Both the position numbers and the translations under genes were made by a program. The notes beneath the pieces are model-generated. The model was given only the letters and a program-made list of their open reading frames with translations. It was not told the origin of the DNA and searched no databases. A DNA stretch of 64,000 nt from an uncultured Methanosarcinales archaeon (GTDB lineage: Archaea; Halobacteriota; Methanosarcinia; Methanotrichales; Methanotrichaceae), in contig CAWJKV010000014.1 of NCBI GenBank assembly GCA_963843555.1, positions 19,758 through 83,757 of the forward strand, given 5' to 3'. Positions 10,301 to 19,740 of the stretch are shown piece after piece; positions within the stretch are counted from its first letter, which is position 1; each line of letters opens with the position of its first letter.

Positions 10301-13142
10301 TCTATGGGCATATGGTATCTCAGGAGATATCCCTATTGTCCTTCTCACGATTCGGGAGCGAGCTTACATCGATCTGGCGCGCCAGCTCTTGAGGGCTCAT
10401 GCCTACTGGCATATTATGGGGCTGGCAGTGGATCTGGTTATCTGGAACGGCGACAGTTCAGGGTACCGGCAGCAGCTTCAGGACGAAATTATGGGCATGA
10501 TATCCGTTAGCACTGACTCCCGGGACCGGCCTGGCAGAGTCTATGTGATACACGGGGATGAGATATCCGAAGAGGCAGGGATCCTTTTGCAGGCCACTGC
10601 CCGAGCCGTCTTTTCCGATGATAGAGGAACATTCGAGGAGCAGCTCGATCGCAAGAATAGACTCTATGGAACAGCCCCTCTTTTAAATCCGGAAAAAATT
10701 TTGCGGGTCGAGGACTATAAGGCGGTTGAGTCGTCGGGCCAGGATCTGATCTACTTCAACGGATTTGCCGGTTTTACAAAGGATGGAAGGGAGTATATAA
10801 TCAGGATGGCGCCGGGACAGACGACCCCGGCTCCCTGGTCTAATGTGATAGCAAATGCTCATTTCGGGACGGTGATCTCAGAATGCGGAGGAGCCTATAC
10901 CTGGGGCGAGAACTCCCAGCAGTTCCGCTTAAGCCCCTGGTATAACGATCCTGTAAGCGACTCCAGCGGCGAGGCTATGTACATCCGAGACGAGGAAACC
11001 GGCCAGTTCTGGTCCCCAACCGGGCTGCCCGCAAGGGGAGAGACACCTTACACCTGCAGGCATGGACTTGGCTACAGCGTCTTCGAGCACAAAGAACTCG
11101 GGATCGCGTCTGAGCTGTGGATATATGTGGCATTAGACGCACCTGTGAAGTTTTGCAGGCTGGTTATCCGCAATGAGTCAATTGGTTCTCGCCGGCTATC
11201 CGTTACAGACTTTGTCGAACTGGTGCTGGGAGAGATGCGCATAAAGAGTGAAATGCACATAAACACAGAGATCGATTCAAGGACAGGAGCCATCTTTGCC
11301 AGAAATCCCTATAATACGGATTTTCCTGCAAGAGTGGTCTTCCTGGATGTCAATACCGGGGCAGACAGCTTCAGTGGCGATCGGGCCGAGTTCCTGGGCC
11401 GAAATGGCAGCCTGGTCAGTCCTGAAGCCATGGCAAGGGTTCGGCTCTCCAACAGAGTGGGCGCAGCCATGGACCCGTGCGCTGCCCAACAGGTTAAGAT
11501 AGATCTCGAAGAAGGGCAGGAGAGCGAGATAGTCTTCATCCTTGGAACGGGACGAAACATGGATGATGCACGAAATCTGATCAAACGTTTTCGAGGATCA
11601 GGTCCGGCGCGTTCTGCTCTGGAGGCGGTCTGGAACTACTGGAACCGCACCCTCGGCGCGTTGCGCGTGGAGACTCCGTATAGGTCTTTGGATGTGCTCA
11701 CCAATGGTTGGCTCATCTACCAGACCCTGGCCTGCCGCATTTGGGCACGCAGCGGATACTATCAGTCGGGAGGAGCCTTCGGCTTCCGTGACCAGTTGCA
11801 GGATTCAATGGCTCTGATCTACGCAGAGCCTCAAATCGCGCGCGAGCACCTGCTACGATGTGCTGCCCAGCAGTTCCCGGAAGGAGATGTCCTGCATTGG
11901 TGGCATCCGCCATCGGGACGCGGCGTGCGCACGCATAGTTCTGATGATCGTCTCTGGCTGCCGCTGGTCGCACATATCTACGTCACCACCACAGGAGATA
12001 CGGGAGTGCTGGATGAATGCATTAACTTCATCGAAGGCAGAGACCTTAAGCCTGATGAGGAAGCGAACTACGATCTACCCGTAAAATCAGAAGAGTGCGG
12101 AACCCTTTATGAGCACTGCATTCGAGCCATCAGGCGCAGCCTGCAGTTGGGACAGCACGGCCTGCCTCTCATGGGGACTGGCGATTGGAACGATGCCATG
12201 AACCGGGTGGGCTATCAGGGCAAGGGGGAGAGCGTATGGTTGGCTTTCTTCCTGTATGATGTGCTCAACAGGTTCAGAGAGATCTCTCTCATGCGAGGCG
12301 ATAAGACCTTCGCCGATATTTGCACCAGCGAGGCTGCCCGTCTCCGCCAGTCGATCAGAGAGAACGGATGGGACGGCAAATGGTATTTACGGGCTTATTT
12401 TGATAGCGGAGAGCCCCTGGGGTCTTCGGCTAATGAAGAATGTCAGATCGACTCCCTCACGCAGAGCTGGTCGGTTCTCTCCGGTGCAGGAGATCCGGAA
12501 AGATCAAAGACGGCCATGATGGAGGTGGATCGCAGGTTGGTAAGAAGGGATGAATCGCTGATTATGCTCCTGACGCCGCCCTTTGATAAGTCCGACATGG
12601 ATCCGGGTTACATCAAAGGATACATTCCGGGAGTGAGAGAGAACGGCGGGCAGTACACTCATGCCGCCATCTGGGTAACAATGGCTTTTGCCGCCATGGG
12701 TGACAGCCTCCGGGCCTGGGAGCTGCTGGATATGATTAATCCAGTGAATCACGGCTCGACTCCGGAACAGGTGGCAGTCTACAGGACGGAGCCGTATGTC
12801 ATGGCGGCCGATGTCTATGCTATGCCGCCGCATGTTGGGCGGGGCGGATGGACCTGGTACACAGGAGCGTCGGGATGGATGTACCGGCTCATTGTCGAGT
12901 CATTGCTCGGAATGAAGCTGGATGCTGACAAGCTGCATTTTGCACCATGTATTCCTGTTGATTGGAAGTCGTTTATCCTGCATTACCGCTATCGTGAAAC
13001 GTTCTACCACATTACTGTCGAGAGGACGGGGGAAGGATGCATAGTATCAAGCGTGACGGTGGACGGCCTGGCGCAGGAGGATAGGATGGTGCACCTGGTC
13101 GATGATCGGAAGGAGCATAATGTGGGGGTGAAGATAGGATAG
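4365..13142 (+). CDS. ndvB: Cyclic beta-1,2-glucan synthase-like protein (Cgs/NdvB/ChvB; GT84 + glycoamylase-like + GH94)
   Basis: 2925 aa; EWLLDNF, GELWAVPIMLR, GYERKRG, LSHDLLEG, RRHRWIRGDWQ, LPPDNYQE, YDLLASEARL, PWGISES, YQSGGAFGFRDQLQD, GDWND, ENGGQYTH. Confidence 0.9.
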   Translation: MNRLKEGDDGDAFLNKFSYEQPLNSELFSTEQLKEHAKMQAERDEIDPKLNKDLLLPRLDENEQILLHVYELLTDAVASNLRIAPASEWLLDNFYRIEGQIRIARLHLPANYSKILPHLLKGPLAGYPRVYGLATELLLHTDGRLDAERLKGLVEGYQTVSKLNLGELWAVPIMLRLALIENLRRISLCIARARYDRNLAGNWVDKIIEVAETAPKDMIVVVAELARSDPPLSGAFVAEFARRLEGQSIAFALPLTWIEERLSEMGKTTGQMIQQDIQRGAADKVSIGNSIGSFRFLESMDWREFVEGSSAVEKALDQDPAGVYSQMDFATRDRYRHTVEKIARNCRLSEEEVAHNAVKLAQERLEASGSEDRCAHVGFYLIDKGLAKLERTVGMRRSLNESIVRAALRFPLLCYVGAIVLVTALTAAVMLILAPKLGSNEWMLVPASILLLFCMSSPAVGLVNLLATMLVKPHILPRMDFSGGIPKELSTLVVVPSLLTDPERVSDLLLGLEIRYLANRDENLCFGLLVDLADAEQEIMPEDEHLLLLAHNGIEALNEKYPDGIFFLFPRRRKWNSQDEIWRGYERKRGIIGELNSLLRGGSEDSFSGITGNVSILPGIKYVITVDEDTKMPYDSARLLIETMAHPLNRPRFDEHKRYVAEGYSILHPRLSASMPEADRSRFVKLFGGEPGIDSYTREVSDVYQDIFGEGSFSGKGIYDVDAFLQSLGERFPDNLILSHDLLEGSYARAALVSDVQFYEDYPYRYSSDVSRRHRWIRGDWQIVNWLLARVPGPGGMIVDNPISGLSRWKIIDNLRRSLVTPAQIFLLSLAWLILQQPEFWTYIVIGAILVLPVLASIRSILIKSAEIPMDQHLRSAGRSTARHLAQAVLSLTFLPYEAFFSLDAIVRSAGRMHFTHKLLLEWNSSSSSKSNGQSGLVGFYRSMWIAPAVAISLAVYLAFLRTDVFNFVWPLLVSWSLAPAVAWWISQPLDTPKAKLKEDQTIFLRKLSRKTWRFFETFVGPENHWLPPDNYQEKPLSVTATGTSPTNMGLSLLANLAAYDFGYISTGKLIERNASTLENMMGLERFHGHFYNWYDIKMLEPMQPKYISTVDSGNLSGHLLTLQQGMNELLDQKILPPQAIDGLIDTLHILRDAVGGSPAEDGREEIVRSHILEQIARFQMELSSPPSTLSAAWLLLDQQMRNISELLDLLSPKVNDEVKWWARAYERQLRDHLDDLTLMAPWLLLPMRIMVHPLDEEVLIEASTERTGMLSQLQAELLRLESIPSLGEISEMTLKLVPMIDQILGSIQGMGKQGMSQEERDWFLQLGQTITEAGNRAVDRKASIEKIAEECGDLAEIEYDLLFDESRKLLAIGYNVNDSRRDESCYDLLASEARLCSFVAIAQGRLKLEHWFVLGRSLTSAGGELALLSWGGTMFEYLMPLLIMPTYENSLLNQTYRSTVVRQIEYGKQRGVPWGISESGYNIIDINQIYQYRAFGVPGLGFKRGLAKDLVIAPYASVLALMVSPFEACTNLQQMANKGYLGEYGFYEAVDYTPSRLSRDETSAIVQSFMAHHQGMSFLSLAYVLLDRPMQRRFMKNPIFQSVDLLLQERVPRAAPFYPHAAEVSSSIWRTGMPERQEAFRAFTDPNSSPSDLHLLSNGNYKLMITSSGAGYSQWKDVAVSRWKGDSTRDNEGQFIYIRDLDNNEVWSAGYQPICRNEETYQAIFQGSKAEFRSRVLDIDTHTEVVISPEDDVELRSVSLTNLSSTRRTIELTSYAEVVLTTPMADATHPAFSNLFVETEIVRKRSAILCTRRPRSKDDKTPWMLHLIAAEKINEDEVFFETDRSLFMGRGKTTANPDALNGKVELSDSEGPILDPIVSIRCTVAIDPGEKVKVNFVTGIADTRDSALGLIDKYHDPGLTERVHNLAWTHDQMIKQQLNITESDIHLYLRLAGGVIYPSSNWRANASILLSNQRGQSVLWAYGISGDIPIVLLTIRERAYIDLARQLLRAHAYWHIMGLAVDLVIWNGDSSGYRQQLQDEIMGMISVSTDSRDRPGRVYVIHGDEISEEAGILLQATARAVFSDDRGTFEEQLDRKNRLYGTAPLLNPEKILRVEDYKAVESSGQDLIYFNGFAGFTKDGREYIIRMAPGQTTPAPWSNVIANAHFGTVISECGGAYTWGENSQQFRLSPWYNDPVSDSSGEAMYIRDEETGQFWSPTGLPARGETPYTCRHGLGYSVFEHKELGIASELWIYVALDAPVKFCRLVIRNESIGSRRLSVTDFVELVLGEMRIKSEMHINTEIDSRTGAIFARNPYNTDFPARVVFLDVNTGADSFSGDRAEFLGRNGSLVSPEAMARVRLSNRVGAAMDPCAAQQVKIDLEEGQESEIVFILGTGRNMDDARNLIKRFRGSGPARSALEAVWNYWNRTLGALRVETPYRSLDVLTNGWLIYQTLACRIWARSGYYQSGGAFGFRDQLQDSMALIYAEPQIAREHLLRCAAQQFPEGDVLHWWHPPSGRGVRTHSSDDRLWLPLVAHIYVTTTGDTGVLDECINFIEGRDLKPDEEANYDLPVKSEECGTLYEHCIRAIRRSLQLGQHGLPLMGTGDWNDAMNRVGYQGKGESVWLAFFLYDVLNRFREISLMRGDKTFADICTSEAARLRQSIRENGWDGKWYLRAYFDSGEPLGSSANEECQIDSLTQSWSVLSGAGDPERSKTAMMEVDRRLVRRDESLIMLLTPPFDKSDMDPGYIKGYIPGVRENGGQYTHAAIWVTMAFAAMGDSLRAWELLDMINPVNHGSTPEQVAVYRTEPYVMAADVYAMPPHVGRGGWTWYTGASGWMYRLIVESLLGMKLDADKLHFAPCIPVDWKSFILHYRYRETFYHITVERTGEGCIVSSVTVDGLAQEDRMVHLVDDRKEHNVGVKIG

Positions 13143-13511
13143 GACTTCTAGAGGATGAAAGTTCGAAAGGAACTATCATTCTCATTCTCTTGTCGTCGGG
13201 AAAGATATTCCACTATCTACTTGAAAACTAATGAGAATCGTGTTGATCCGACAGTAAATCTTCCAATAACTCTTCTCTTCCCACCCGAGATCTTCGTGAT
13301 CGGTCATCGCCCCACTTTGGAATCGCGATCGAGGCGTAGGTCGCATATTTATGGTTCGCGTCTTTGCGCCTTCAGGACCGTAGCCCGGGTTTCTGCAAAT
13401 TAAATTTATTTAAAATTATAATATATTTGGCCCACTGCAACCAAGATTCATAGCAAGATATTTAGCTTAATATGAGAAAGTATCTAATGAAAATATAGGC
13501 ACTTAAGAGGT

Positions 13512-13859
13512 GTGAAGATGATTGGAGTATGTCCTGGATGTGGAAAGCCTTTCCGAATTGAGCAGGCAAAAGGCGGAGAAGGATGGGTTTACTGCGAAGA
13601 CGTATGCATCAGCCCGGCTGATATGCCCACTGGCCAGAGGACGATGGCGGATCAAGCCACGAAATTGTACACTGACGGAAACATGAATGAGATGAAGCGA
13701 GAGGATTACATCAAGACGCATGGATTCGATCCCGAGCCGGTGATGGATGCAGTCAACAAATGGCGTGAAGAGCAGATCATGCAATGGGCTGCCTCAATGG
13801 GAAAGAGCGGAGATGAAGTAGACCAGTGGATCAGAAGAATCAGTAAAAAGTTGCCCTGA
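13512..13859 (+). CDS. Hypothetical protein with N-terminal CPGC/CEDVC (possible Zn binding)
   Basis: GAGGTG RBS; Cys motifs. Confidence 0.6.
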   Translation: MKMIGVCPGCGKPFRIEQAKGGEGWVYCEDVCISPADMPTGQRTMADQATKLYTDGNMNEMKREDYIKTHGFDPEPVMDAVNKWREEQIMQWAASMGKSGDEVDQWIRRISKKLP

Positions 13860-14000
13860 AGCCAGAGCTTAACGCCGAGCAAGAAGATTTGCATCAATCT
13901 CGGTCGGTTTATTCCTTTTTTATGCATTTTTCCAAATTTGTCGTTTGCATGAACGAACGAGGAAAAGCTCATTTAATCGAATAGGATACTAACTATTAAT

Positions 14001-15365
14001 ATGGCCCATGAGAACGTCCCTCCCTGGCTCAGAGAAGTGAAGAGGACCCGCCCGGTTATTGCCCTCACTCGAGATATTGATTCGGATGTAGCCATTGTGG
14101 GAGGAGGAATATCAGGAGTCGCGACTTCTTACTTCCTTCTCCGCGATACGGGACTGAGTGTAGATCTCATAGAAAAAGGCAGAGTGGCGCACGGGGCCAC
14201 GGGCCACAATGGCGGTCAGGCAGTGGCCGCCTTCGAGCGTCCTTTAACGGAGCTCTGCGAAAAATTCGGGGAGGAAAAGGTCTCGGAAGGGCTGTTGGCC
14301 ATAATAGGTGCCTGGAAACTACTTTACTCCATGATCTCGGAGACTGGAATCGACGTCACCCTCCAGGAGGTCAAAGCCCATATTGGCCTCTCTTCCCTCG
14401 AAGACGTCCTGATAACGCTCAAGGAAATGCAGCTCTCAGATCGGTTGGGCCTTCCCAGCGAGGACATATTTCTGGCAGAGGACATTGCAGGAGACATTCC
14501 CGGAGAATACCAATGCTTGTTTAAAAGAAGGCAGAGAAAGGAAATTGATGAGCTGCTCCTGACACGAGATAGTGGCTATATCTCTGTTCTGATGGTCAGG
14601 ACTGCTTTGATGAATAGCGCCCTCTTTTGCGAAGAACTGGTCTCATGGATGCTCGACAATTATCCCGGCAGGTTCAGTGTCTATGAGGATACTGAAGTGA
14701 AGAGGATCAAGGTAAGCAGGGGCTCGATCTGCGGCCAAGACAACGGCGCCGATCTTGAGGCAGGCAAAAATGTGATCAATGCAAAGCATGCCATTATTTG
14801 CACCAATGGCTATAATTATCAGGAGATCGAGGGCCTGGATGAATCGACAGGTATGGCCATTAAGGGTATAGTGGGGTTCATGGTCGGGTACATGGGCAGG
14901 AAGTTGAGGGATCCTGCAGCTTCGGTCTACTTAAGCTCAAGAAGATCCGGGCAGGAAGGCTACTTTTACATGAACCGGAGAATGTATATTGATGGCGCTA
15001 ACCGGGAGCTTACAAGCGTGGGCGGGGCCGACCGTCCTCTGGGGTCGAATGAGATGTACCGCCCCGAGGATATCCCTGAGGCGGAAGAAGAGTATTCAAA
15101 GATCGAAGAATTCTATGGGAAGACGGTCATCGGCGTACCTGCAGATATGCGTCGGGACTTCTCCTGGCATGGTCTGATGGGCTATACATCCAGCGGAGTC
15201 AGAGTTATCGGAAGGGATCCCAATCACTCGTGCCTGGTCTACAACATGGGCTGCAACGGCATAGGCTTATTGCCGTCCATCTACGGCGGAAAGAGAGTGG
15301 CGCAGATCATTAATGGTGAGGCTCTGGCTCCGTCTATCTTCGACCCTATCCGGCCTCGTCATTGA
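14001..15365 (+). CDS. FAD-dependent oxidoreductase (DAO/glycine oxidase-like)
   Basis: IVGGGISG, GATGHNGG, C-terminal GCNGIG. Confidence 0.85.
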   Translation: MAHENVPPWLREVKRTRPVIALTRDIDSDVAIVGGGISGVATSYFLLRDTGLSVDLIEKGRVAHGATGHNGGQAVAAFERPLTELCEKFGEEKVSEGLLAIIGAWKLLYSMISETGIDVTLQEVKAHIGLSSLEDVLITLKEMQLSDRLGLPSEDIFLAEDIAGDIPGEYQCLFKRRQRKEIDELLLTRDSGYISVLMVRTALMNSALFCEELVSWMLDNYPGRFSVYEDTEVKRIKVSRGSICGQDNGADLEAGKNVINAKHAIICTNGYNYQEIEGLDESTGMAIKGIVGFMVGYMGRKLRDPAASVYLSSRRSGQEGYFYMNRRMYIDGANRELTSVGGADRPLGSNEMYRPEDIPEAEEEYSKIEEFYGKTVIGVPADMRRDFSWHGLMGYTSSGVRVIGRDPNHSCLVYNMGCNGIGLLPSIYGGKRVAQIINGEALAPSIFDPIRPRH

Positions 15366-15663
15366 AGGCTTTATCGTCCTTCATTCAGAAACCAGTCTTC
15401 ATCACCGGAGGCCACATGGCCTGCTTCCCGAAGATCGGTAGCCCTGAAAAAAAGATTGCTGTAAGATGGCTGATCAAATGGTAAATCTATATGATGCGCC
15501 GCTCACGAATGTCCCTGTTTCATCATAGCCCAAAAAGTAGTTTTATTCATTTTTCGCCTCAATTTCAATTATTTACACTCCCCTATAAAGCCAGCTTACG
15601 GTCGGCTGGTATTCCAATTGCATTTGCTAATGTAAAAAAGTATGCTTTGTTTGCACCTACTCA

Positions 15664-16257
15664 TTAAAAATAGCCCTTGCAGGCCTTTTGAACTAAGAAA
15701 AGCAAGAGCACTGCTACATCCTCAGTGCTGTAAACCCTCATTAGCCCTCGATCAAATAGGATAGTCGCTCCTCCTGGCAGCTCCTCATCCCCCATCCAGA
15801 AGAGGATTCGTGCGAATATCCCGGGAAAGGTGGCGACCTCTACCGCGGTATCCCCTCCTTCAACCATTCTACCTTTGAAGCGCACCACCAGAATTTCTGT
15901 CAAATTCTCCGGATCCTTCTGGAAGCATTCCAATAGCGGTTTTATGGTACTTTTCTGAAAGGCAGGCCAGAAGACCTGGCCGCCCTCGATCTCTTTGAAG
16001 GATATCCATTCGCCTGTAGGGTGAAAGCCATACTTTTGGAGGCCGATCAGGTAGTGAAGTATGAGAACTGCCTCCACTTCCCCGGCAGGAGAATTGGTGG
16101 CAACAGCCAGGACAGCTCTTTCATCAACTCTTACTTCGTAATTGTCTTCCAGGAGCAGTACGCTATATTTGGAGAATTCAGCCAGCTCTTTCAATTCGTC
16201 CAGGGCCTTATTTAATGAGATCTCGTAACCCATCAGATTCTCTGGGGGCGTGTTCAT
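15664..16257 (-). CDS. DUF3786-like protein
   Basis: LILHYL, GEWISFKEI.GG, W.GDEELP..ATILFD, EDVAV; probable start MNTPP at 16257. Confidence 0.75.
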   Translation of the reverse strand: MNTPPENLMGYEISLNKALDELKELAEFSKYSVLLLEDNYEVRVDERAVLAVATNSPAGEVEAVLILHYLIGLQKYGFHPTGEWISFKEIEGGQVFWPAFQKSTIKPLLECFQKDPENLTEILVVRFKGRMVEGGDTAVEVATFPGIFARILFWMGDEELPGGATILFDRGLMRVYSTEDVAVLLLFLVQKACKGYF

Positions 16258-16367
16258 ATTTTTCTTTTTTGGAGTGGAACGGCAGCGGTGAACCCGCGCA
16301 GCAAGCATCGGGAGTATTACGATAAAAATAAAAATTCAAGAAGTGAAATTATTAAATTTTGCCTTTA

Positions 16368-17927
16368 CTACTCAGAACCGCGAGGAACCTCCTGGTCCTT
16401 CTTTGGTATGCCAAAAAATGCCAATGCGGCGCAAACCAGGAAGACAGCAGCTGCCACCAATAGCACTTCAGTCAACCCAATTTGATAAGCCTGCTGATAA
16501 CCCCCCACCAATCCCTCCAGCTTAGACACCGGAATTGAATACTTTGAGGCCACTGAACCGACATTGCTTCCTAATATTTGCTTGAGAACCGTAGTAGCAT
16601 TCTGAATCTGAGACTGATTTAGTCCAGCACCTCCTAAAATATGGTAGTAAGCATTCGTTCCGAATATGATGAATAGAGTATTCATTAGAGCAATTCCAAG
16701 GGAACTGCCTAAAGTCTGGCCAGCATTGTTGGCCGCGGAAGCGGAACCTGCCAGTTCCTTGGGCGGAACGCTCAGTGTCACGTTAGCCTGAGCAGTATTA
16801 GCAATTCCCAAGCCGAGACCGAACAATACCTCAGCAGCTATCAAGACCCAGAGAATTTCATCAGTAAGAGCTCGAGACATGAAGAGCAGGCCGAGCGCTG
16901 CAATGATGTTACCAAAGAATAAAATATTTCGGTTTCCAAACCGGCTTATGATCAAGCCGCCGAGTATACTGAAAGCAAATAAAGACATAGCCAACGGTAT
17001 CATCGCCAGAGCAGATTTTTCGGGTGGTATCTTGAGCAGAATTTGCAGATAATTGGATATCTGGAAGTTAACACCGCTGATTCCCAAACCCATCAAGACA
17101 TTCACAATCATGCTGACAGAAAAAACGCGATTAAGGAAGAGCCCAAATGGCAGGGCAGCATAATGTATTCGTGACTCCCACCAAAAGAAGGCACACATGA
17201 TAGCCATGCCAAGGAAAATGGGTACCAGAACATTTTTTTGTATGAAACCATTCAGCCCATTGGCCTCATTAATACCGTAGACTATTCCTATGAGGCCTGC
17301 CGCGCAAAGAAAGATGCCTACCCAATCCACTCTTTTCTGGGACGCGGATTTGCTCTCAGGCACAATCTTCAGTACCAGGAGGAGCGCAACTAATCCGACC
17401 AGTATGGTAATAGAAAATGCGAATCTCCAGCCGTATGTCTGGTTCAGCCATTGAATGGCCAGTGTGGATAATCCAACGACAAGACCAGAGGACCCTCCAA
17501 AGATACCAATCGCTTTGGGACGCTCTTGCGAGCTAAAAGAAATCACTATGATAGCCAGAGATAGGGGGCTAACCAAAGCACCACTGATACCAGCAAGTGC
17601 CTGGGCCCCTAACAAGAAATTAAAGGAAATTGCTGCAGCCGAGAGAATTGATGCGATTATTGAGCCTACCAGGCCTACTAAGAGCAATCGTTTTCTTCCA
17701 TGGATATCCCCAAGGGTTCCGCCTCCCAGGATGAAGGCTGAAAGAACCAATAAGCCTATGCTTACAAGCATTCCAATCGAGGAGCTGGGTACACCGAAAT
17801 TCTTCTGAATGGACGGTGCGATAAAGGCAATCATCGATAGACCGATGGCTGGCACCATGGCTGCCAGAGTGCATGCTGCCAGGATACGCCAGCGATTGGG
17901 ATTTAGTTCAACAATATCGGATTGCAT
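16368..17927 (-). CDS. MFS drug:H+ antiporter (DHA2/EmrB-QacA-like)
   Basis: GGTLGDIHGRKR motif A, GWRFAF, VPESK, DWVG; ~14 TM segments. Confidence 0.85.
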   Translation of the reverse strand: MQSDIVELNPNRWRILAACTLAAMVPAIGLSMIAFIAPSIQKNFGVPSSSIGMLVSIGLLVLSAFILGGGTLGDIHGRKRLLLVGLVGSIIASILSAAAISFNFLLGAQALAGISGALVSPLSLAIIVISFSSQERPKAIGIFGGSSGLVVGLSTLAIQWLNQTYGWRFAFSITILVGLVALLLVLKIVPESKSASQKRVDWVGIFLCAAGLIGIVYGINEANGLNGFIQKNVLVPIFLGMAIMCAFFWWESRIHYAALPFGLFLNRVFSVSMIVNVLMGLGISGVNFQISNYLQILLKIPPEKSALAMIPLAMSLFAFSILGGLIISRFGNRNILFFGNIIAALGLLFMSRALTDEILWVLIAAEVLFGLGLGIANTAQANVTLSVPPKELAGSASAANNAGQTLGSSLGIALMNTLFIIFGTNAYYHILGGAGLNQSQIQNATTVLKQILGSNVGSVASKYSIPVSKLEGLVGGYQQAYQIGLTEVLLVAAAVFLVCAALAFFGIPKKDQEVPRGSE

Positions 17928-18313
17928 GTATCGTCTCGCTCCTCAAAAGCTTCCACTGCTGATCGGATGTTCCCAATTTTTCTTATGCCGGGTCTAGGCC
18001 CCTTCGACTGTGAGGCTGAATCGAATGGTTGAATAAAGCTATCACCCTTTACCCAAGATGTATGCTCACTGCTGGTAGAAGAAATTTTCCTAATTTTGAA
18101 TCTCATCTCAAGAATCAAATGCTATCGCGGTATTCCCAAGCCTTATGGTGCTCTAACGACATGGGAATTGCCAAAGTCAACAGCAAATCCTAAGTTCCAG
18201 ATTTTTTCCATTTTGGTGGTGCAGTCGTGCAGTCACTATGACTCGAAAGAAAGTTATTAATGTTCAAAAATACTATAATATCTCAACAGATCAATATGGA
18301 TGAGGAATGAAAT

Positions 18314-19360
18314 ATGAAATTAGGAAATATCTTGAAATTTGCCCTGTTTCTCCTGGTGATAGCAGTACCAATCGCTGGCGCTGAGAACGCCACAGAGAAG
18401 ATCTGGTATATAAGCCCTGAAATGGCCTCCTGCACGGGTGTATCTCCGCAAATGTGCCTGCAGGTCAAGGAAAATCCGCAGGAAAACTACACCCTATTTT
18501 ACGGCGGGATAGAGGGATTCTGTTATAGGCCGGGTTATGAGTATGAAATCAAAGTCAGAGAGGAGCCAGTTATAAATCCTCCGGCCGATGCGTCCTCCAA
18601 GAACTGGATCCTGGTTGAAGTGATCAGCAAGACAGGCGCTGTTACAAGCTCAAACCTGGAAGGGGCTTCATGGTCTCTGGACACCTACCTCGACCAGGAA
18701 GGCAAAACAGAATGTGTGCTACCTTATACTGAAATTACTGCTCTATTCGAGTCAGGCCGGGTTTCTGGCAATGGGGGATGCAATAGCTATGGAGGCAACT
18801 ACGTTAGAAAAGGGGATAATATTACAGTGGGCATGATTATTTCGACGTTGATGTTCTGTGCGGATAATATTTCGGACCAGGAATCGGAATATTTGCAAAA
18901 TCTGCAGAATGCAGCCACATACAATGTCTCTGGCAATCTGCTGAGGATGATGAACGCGAATGGAACCATAATCCTAACTTATTCTGTAGTTCAGCCCCTG
19001 CCCCTATCGGGCACAAACTGGAGTATGCTATATTACAATAACGGCAAAGATGCCCTGGTTTCAGCCTTGGCAGGGATGGAGGTTACTGCCCACTTCAATG
19101 TCGATGGAAATCTAACGGGCTCGGCTGGCTGCAACAACTATGGGGCAAGTTATCAGGCCAATGGCAGCATGATCGAGATAGGGCCGGTAGCTACCACCCT
19201 CATGTATTGTTCTGAGCCAGAAGGCATCATGGAGCAGGAGAGCGAATACCTGACCGCCCTGCAGTCTGCAGCCAGCTACAGGATTGAAGGACAAGAATTG
19301 TCGCTCCTTTATGCAAACAATACCACAGCCATCACCTACAAGAATGCTGCAGCCCTTTGA
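18314..19360 (+). CDS. Secreted DUF4377 + two META (HslJ-like) domain protein
   Basis: Signal peptide; CTGVSPQMCLQV...IEGF.Y.PGYEY..PPADASS; two GxxGCNxY...STLMxC repeats. Confidence 0.85.
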   Translation: MKLGNILKFALFLLVIAVPIAGAENATEKIWYISPEMASCTGVSPQMCLQVKENPQENYTLFYGGIEGFCYRPGYEYEIKVREEPVINPPADASSKNWILVEVISKTGAVTSSNLEGASWSLDTYLDQEGKTECVLPYTEITALFESGRVSGNGGCNSYGGNYVRKGDNITVGMIISTLMFCADNISDQESEYLQNLQNAATYNVSGNLLRMMNANGTIILTYSVVQPLPLSGTNWSMLYYNNGKDALVSALAGMEVTAHFNVDGNLTGSAGCNNYGASYQANGSMIEIGPVATTLMYCSEPEGIMEQESEYLTALQSAASYRIEGQELSLLYANNTTAITYKNAAAL

Positions 19361-19740
19361 GGATGATCTGAGACTGGAAATCTGTCGATAATCCTTAGGC
19401 GCGACTGTGCGCAAAGGCTCGGAAGCTGACGCTTCCGGGCTCAAATTATCTTATGAGTTTTCTCAGACAGGATTGGATACGAATTGTGACATGAATTGAA
19501 TAAATCATCCCTAAAATTCGTCAGAATTAGTGATCCTTAGCCGATTCTTAATTCTTCATACTTTTATGAAAGCATCTCAAATATCTGTATATATGAATCA
19601 TGATACTTTATAATGGCCAACTCTCAATAAGATGAAAGAACCAGGATCAAAAAACCTTTTCGACACCCATATCTTTGGCAACTCACAACCACGGTACTGG
19701 GAAAGATTTGGCAAGATACCAGTCTATAAAGGAGATAAAC

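Noticed and set aside
4835-12833. Many antisense and alternate-frame ORFs inside long genes (also in the sulfatase, arsA and uvrA)
   Set aside because: Shadow ORFs of well-supported genes with no motifs of their own
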